Assembly (NCBI GenBank): GCA_045643485.1
Contig: JAZUKU010000178.1
Coordinates: forward strand, 1 to 49,128
Direction of reading: 5' to 3'
DNA length: 49,128 bases
From: Treponema sp.
GTDB taxonomy: Bacteria > Spirochaetota > Spirochaetia > Treponematales > Treponemataceae
The notes under the pieces: model-generated
The model's database searches: none
The model's input: the letters and a program-made list of their open reading frames with translations, nothing else
Told to the model about the DNA's origin: nothing
Made by a program: the position numbers and the translations under genes
In this document: positions 46,558 through 49,128 of the stretch, piece after piece
Numbering within the stretch: position 1 is the first letter of the stretch
Layout: each line of letters opens with the position of its first letter

Positions 46558-46862
46558 GTGGCAACGCTTACGCATACATTTTTACAGCATTCATTGTGTC
46601 ATATTTGATTCGTGTACTTCCGCTTACGTTGATACGCAAACCAATCAGGAACAGATTCCTGCGTTCGTTTTTATATTACGTGCCTTACGTAACGCTTGCC
46701 GTTATGACATTCCCTGCAATCATTGAAGCAACACAATCTACTCTTGCCGGAGTAATTGCACTTGTTGTAGGAATTGTCCTTTCGCTTATTGGAGCTGGTC
46801 TTCTTCCGGTAGCGTGTGTCTGCTGCGTTGTAGTTTTTGTTGCAGAATTATTTCTTGTCTGA
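46554..46862 (+). CDS. azlD: AzlD family protein
   Basis: YLIRVLP...FLYYVPY..LAVMTFP pattern; coupled to azlC. Confidence 0.85.
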   Translation: MSGNAYAYIFTAFIVSYLIRVLPLTLIRKPIRNRFLRSFLYYVPYVTLAVMTFPAIIEATQSTLAGVIALVVGIVLSLIGAGLLPVACVCCVVVFVAELFLV

Positions 46863-47711
46863 CAACTGATTCAGTCTGTTTTTCAATGACTCTTTTCTTT
46901 CCTTGACTGTCTGTCTTATGTGGTCAAGAACAGTGCCGTATTCAGGGGCTTTCATTGAAGGGTAGCGCTTTAGCCAGTCTTCAATAACTGCCTGTCTGCG
47001 TGAATAATTTTCTGCGGCTTCAAGAAGTTTCCTGTTGAATTTAGTTTTGTCTACTGCAGCTTTTTCTTTGACTGAAGCAATCATTTCGTGGAGGGAATGA
47101 CTTCTGAACCATGCTTCTCCTTCGTAACGTTCGCTCAGCTGTTCTGCAAATGTCTTGAGCCGGCCCATTGCTGTGTTAAAGTCAACAAGCTTACGGATTG
47201 TAAGCATTATGTCTGTTGCCAGAATGAGTGCAATGATTATGTAGATTGTACGCACATACGGCTGAAGGAATTCCATGTAAAGCAGGCGGTAAACAAACGG
47301 TTCTACAAAATGCCACTGCGCTACACCAAGCAGTCCGAACAGTGTTGAGTTAAGAAGGCAAACCCTTCCGTGAATGTTGAATTTTCTTGAAGAATAGTCC
47401 CACCATTTTGCGTGAAACATTTTTTCCAGAATCCAGCTTGATGCATATTCAAGAAGTGAAGTTAAAATCATTGACGCTAAGAAAAGAATCAGCCACGAAT
47501 TGCGCCACGGGTACAGACAGTAAACGATTATGATTCCACCAAAGCCGTATATCGGACAGATAGGGCCGTAAAGCATTCCTCGGTAAACAAAACGCCTGTT
47601 TGCAAAAGAAACATAAAATTCTTCGCACACCCATCCAATGAATGCAAAGATAATGAACATAAGGAAAAGATGTTCTATGTCGGTGTTAAGCATCTGAAAT
47701 ATTGAAATCAT
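46848..47711 (-). CDS. Putative ABC transporter permease-like membrane protein (CmpB/DUF1113-like)
   Basis: FIGWVCE, RGMLYGPICPIYGFG and WWDYS...NIHGRVCL motifs. Confidence 0.8.
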   Translation of the reverse strand: MISIFQMLNTDIEHLFLMFIIFAFIGWVCEEFYVSFANRRFVYRGMLYGPICPIYGFGGIIIVYCLYPWRNSWLILFLASMILTSLLEYASSWILEKMFHAKWWDYSSRKFNIHGRVCLLNSTLFGLLGVAQWHFVEPFVYRLLYMEFLQPYVRTIYIIIALILATDIMLTIRKLVDFNTAMGRLKTFAEQLSERYEGEAWFRSHSLHEMIASVKEKAAVDKTKFNRKLLEAAENYSRRQAVIEDWLKRYPSMKAPEYGTVLDHIRQTVKERKESLKNRLNQLSDKK

Positions 47712-47835
47712 AACAGCCTCCTTTACGCAGGTTTCATGTCTGAATTCAATATACGAAAATTTCTGTGTGAAGACAAATTAATGATTTGTAATTGCGGAAA
47801 CGAAAACTGTTTGTGCTAACAGGCGCTGTTCAGAA

Positions 47836-48489
47836 TTATTTAATTGCGTTAACAAACTGCTCAATGTAATAATCAACTACAGCAAATGCCTTTTCATCAG
47901 AAGGAAGCGAGAATAATTCTCCTTCACCGTCTGCCGGATTGTTTATTACAAGCTGCTTGCGTTCAAGAAGATACTGGCTTAGGAAATCGCGTATTGCCGA
48001 ACAGAACCATGTTGCTGCACTCTTAACATCCATTGCTGTAATGCTGATTTTTCCTGCGTTAACAAGTGCCGTAAGAATTTCTTCTGTCTGCGAAATGAGT
48101 TTTGCTTTTTCAGCCTTAACAATATCTGCTGACTTGCTTGAAAAATATTTTGTGCTTTCTACAAAAGTGTAAATCTGAAAGAGGGGAGCCTTTTCGTGCA
48201 TCTTGAAGTAACGGTTAACCATTCCCTTTAAGACAATTACAGGAGTGTATTTGTTTGTAACAGCTTCAATGTCGCCTGGCTTAAACGAAATCTCATTCAT
48301 GTATTCAGAACATGCATCTGAAGTGTAGTCGAAAATTTCTTCGCGGCTTGCAAAATGATTGTAGAGGGAAGCCTTTTTTATTCCAAGCTCACTCGCAATG
48401 TCGTTAAGGCTTGTTGCTCCGGCTGATTTGTAAAATGTTGTTTTAAGAACTGCATTAACAATTTCATCTTTTGAAATTTTTTCTGACAT
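47836..48489 (-). CDS. TetR/AcrR family transcriptional regulator
   Basis: HTH ATSLNDIASELGIKKASLYNHFASREEI; ATG 48489 follows GGGGA. Confidence 0.9.
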   Translation of the reverse strand: MSEKISKDEIVNAVLKTTFYKSAGATSLNDIASELGIKKASLYNHFASREEIFDYTSDACSEYMNEISFKPGDIEAVTNKYTPVIVLKGMVNRYFKMHEKAPLFQIYTFVESTKYFSSKSADIVKAEKAKLISQTEEILTALVNAGKISITAMDVKSAATWFCSAIRDFLSQYLLERKQLVINNPADGEGELFSLPSDEKAFAVVDYYIEQFVNAIK

Positions 48490-48532
48490 AATGTCCCCCT
48501 GAATGCCTATGTCTTTTTGTGATGCCGTATTT

Positions 48533-48552
48533 AAACTAACGACCGTTAGTTT
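48533..48552. promoter_or_regulatory. Probable TetR operator
   Basis: Perfect 9-2-9 palindrome AAACTAACG-AC-CGTTAGTTT just downstream of a TTTACA-N17-TAAAAT minus-strand promoter. Confidence 0.7.
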
Positions 48553-48769
48553 TATTTTATAGCAGGAATTTGTGTTTGTAAACACTTGAAGCCTTTTCTT
48601 TTAAAAACAAATTCTGTACTTAAATTTTTGCTTTAGCGCATTCAGTAAAAATTGAATGTATGTTCTGCGGAATCAGGGAAAATTTAAAATTCTAACAGTC
48701 GTTCAAATTTTAACAAAATCGCTGGTAAAATGATAATTGTTGAGGAACAGACATTTTGCGGACGGGTAG

Positions 48770-48805
48770 TTAAACGATTAACTTAATTAAACGATTAACT
48801 TAATT
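48770..48805. repeat. 17-bp tandem duplication
   Basis: TTAAACGATTAACTTAA twice, in tandem. Confidence 0.85.
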
Positions 48806-49032
48806 TGAGCGGTTCCTTTAAATTTTTCAATCAGCTAATTGTTTGAATGAAGTTTTTGTAAGAAAATATAGAATAATTGCGTTATTTTATAGTAATATAG
48901 CGATATTTTAAGACGAATTCATTGTATTTAACAAAAGTGAAAGGTATAATTTCATTAAGTTTAACAAAAATTATGAAAATGTCATTTTGTTAAGTGCTAT
49001 AAAAAAGTTGAAAGTTTTTTAAGAGGATCAAT

Positions 49033-49128
49033 ATGGAACAGACACTGCCAAAAATGCTTCGTCATAGTGCAGAAAAATGGCCTGAACTTAACGCACAATA
49101 TTCCCGCACAAAGAAAGGTGATTTCATT
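49033..49128 (+). CDS. Partial CDS, probably the N-terminus of a long-chain fatty acid--CoA ligase
   Basis: GAGGA RBS; MEQTLPKMLRHSAEKWPELNAQY resembles the TLPEMF..TVKRFP N-terminus of the ligase at 32572-34329. Confidence 0.5.
   Translation, partial: MEQTLPKMLRHSAEKWPELNAQYSRTKKGDFI

Noticed and set aside
318-48172. Remaining short antisense or alternate-frame ORFs in the track
   Set aside because: They lie within well-supported genes and show no recognisable motifs or translation signals.

Overview
Bacterial chromosomal window that looks like a spirochete, most likely Treponema (CheX, FlgM, tRNA-Arg(GCG), spirochete-type hypothetical proteins). It opens with the 3' end of a tyrosine integrase and a large AT-rich lipoprotein gene. 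It then runs through mostly housekeeping genes: pyrB-pyrI-pyrC, an M48 peptidase, tRNA-Ser/Ser/Arg, luxS, birA, lspA, rsmI, flgM, ftsK, cdd, SRP RNA, a beta-CASP RNase, acyl-CoA synthetases, pdxK, cheX, azlCD and a TetR regulator. The best candidate for an undescribed system is a three-gene minus-strand operon (40223-44238): an ECF sigma factor, a one-TM anti-sigma-like protein with a DUF4384-like domain, and an exported caspase-family protease with surface-type repeats. The protease linker and the anti-sigma share an R-x-K-G motif, which suggests protease-gated trans-envelope signalling. Other candidates are a ~175-nt promoter/terminator-bounded sRNA with an anti-Shine-Dalgarno tract next to luxS, tRNA-linked repeats enclosing a GGA-hairpin element, three sigma28-like promoters, a Fe-ADH-fold protein that has lost its metal ligands, a degenerate GGDEF-EAL protein, and a WYL/DriD-like operator. 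All family assignments come from motif recognition by eye; no database searches or folding programs were run.
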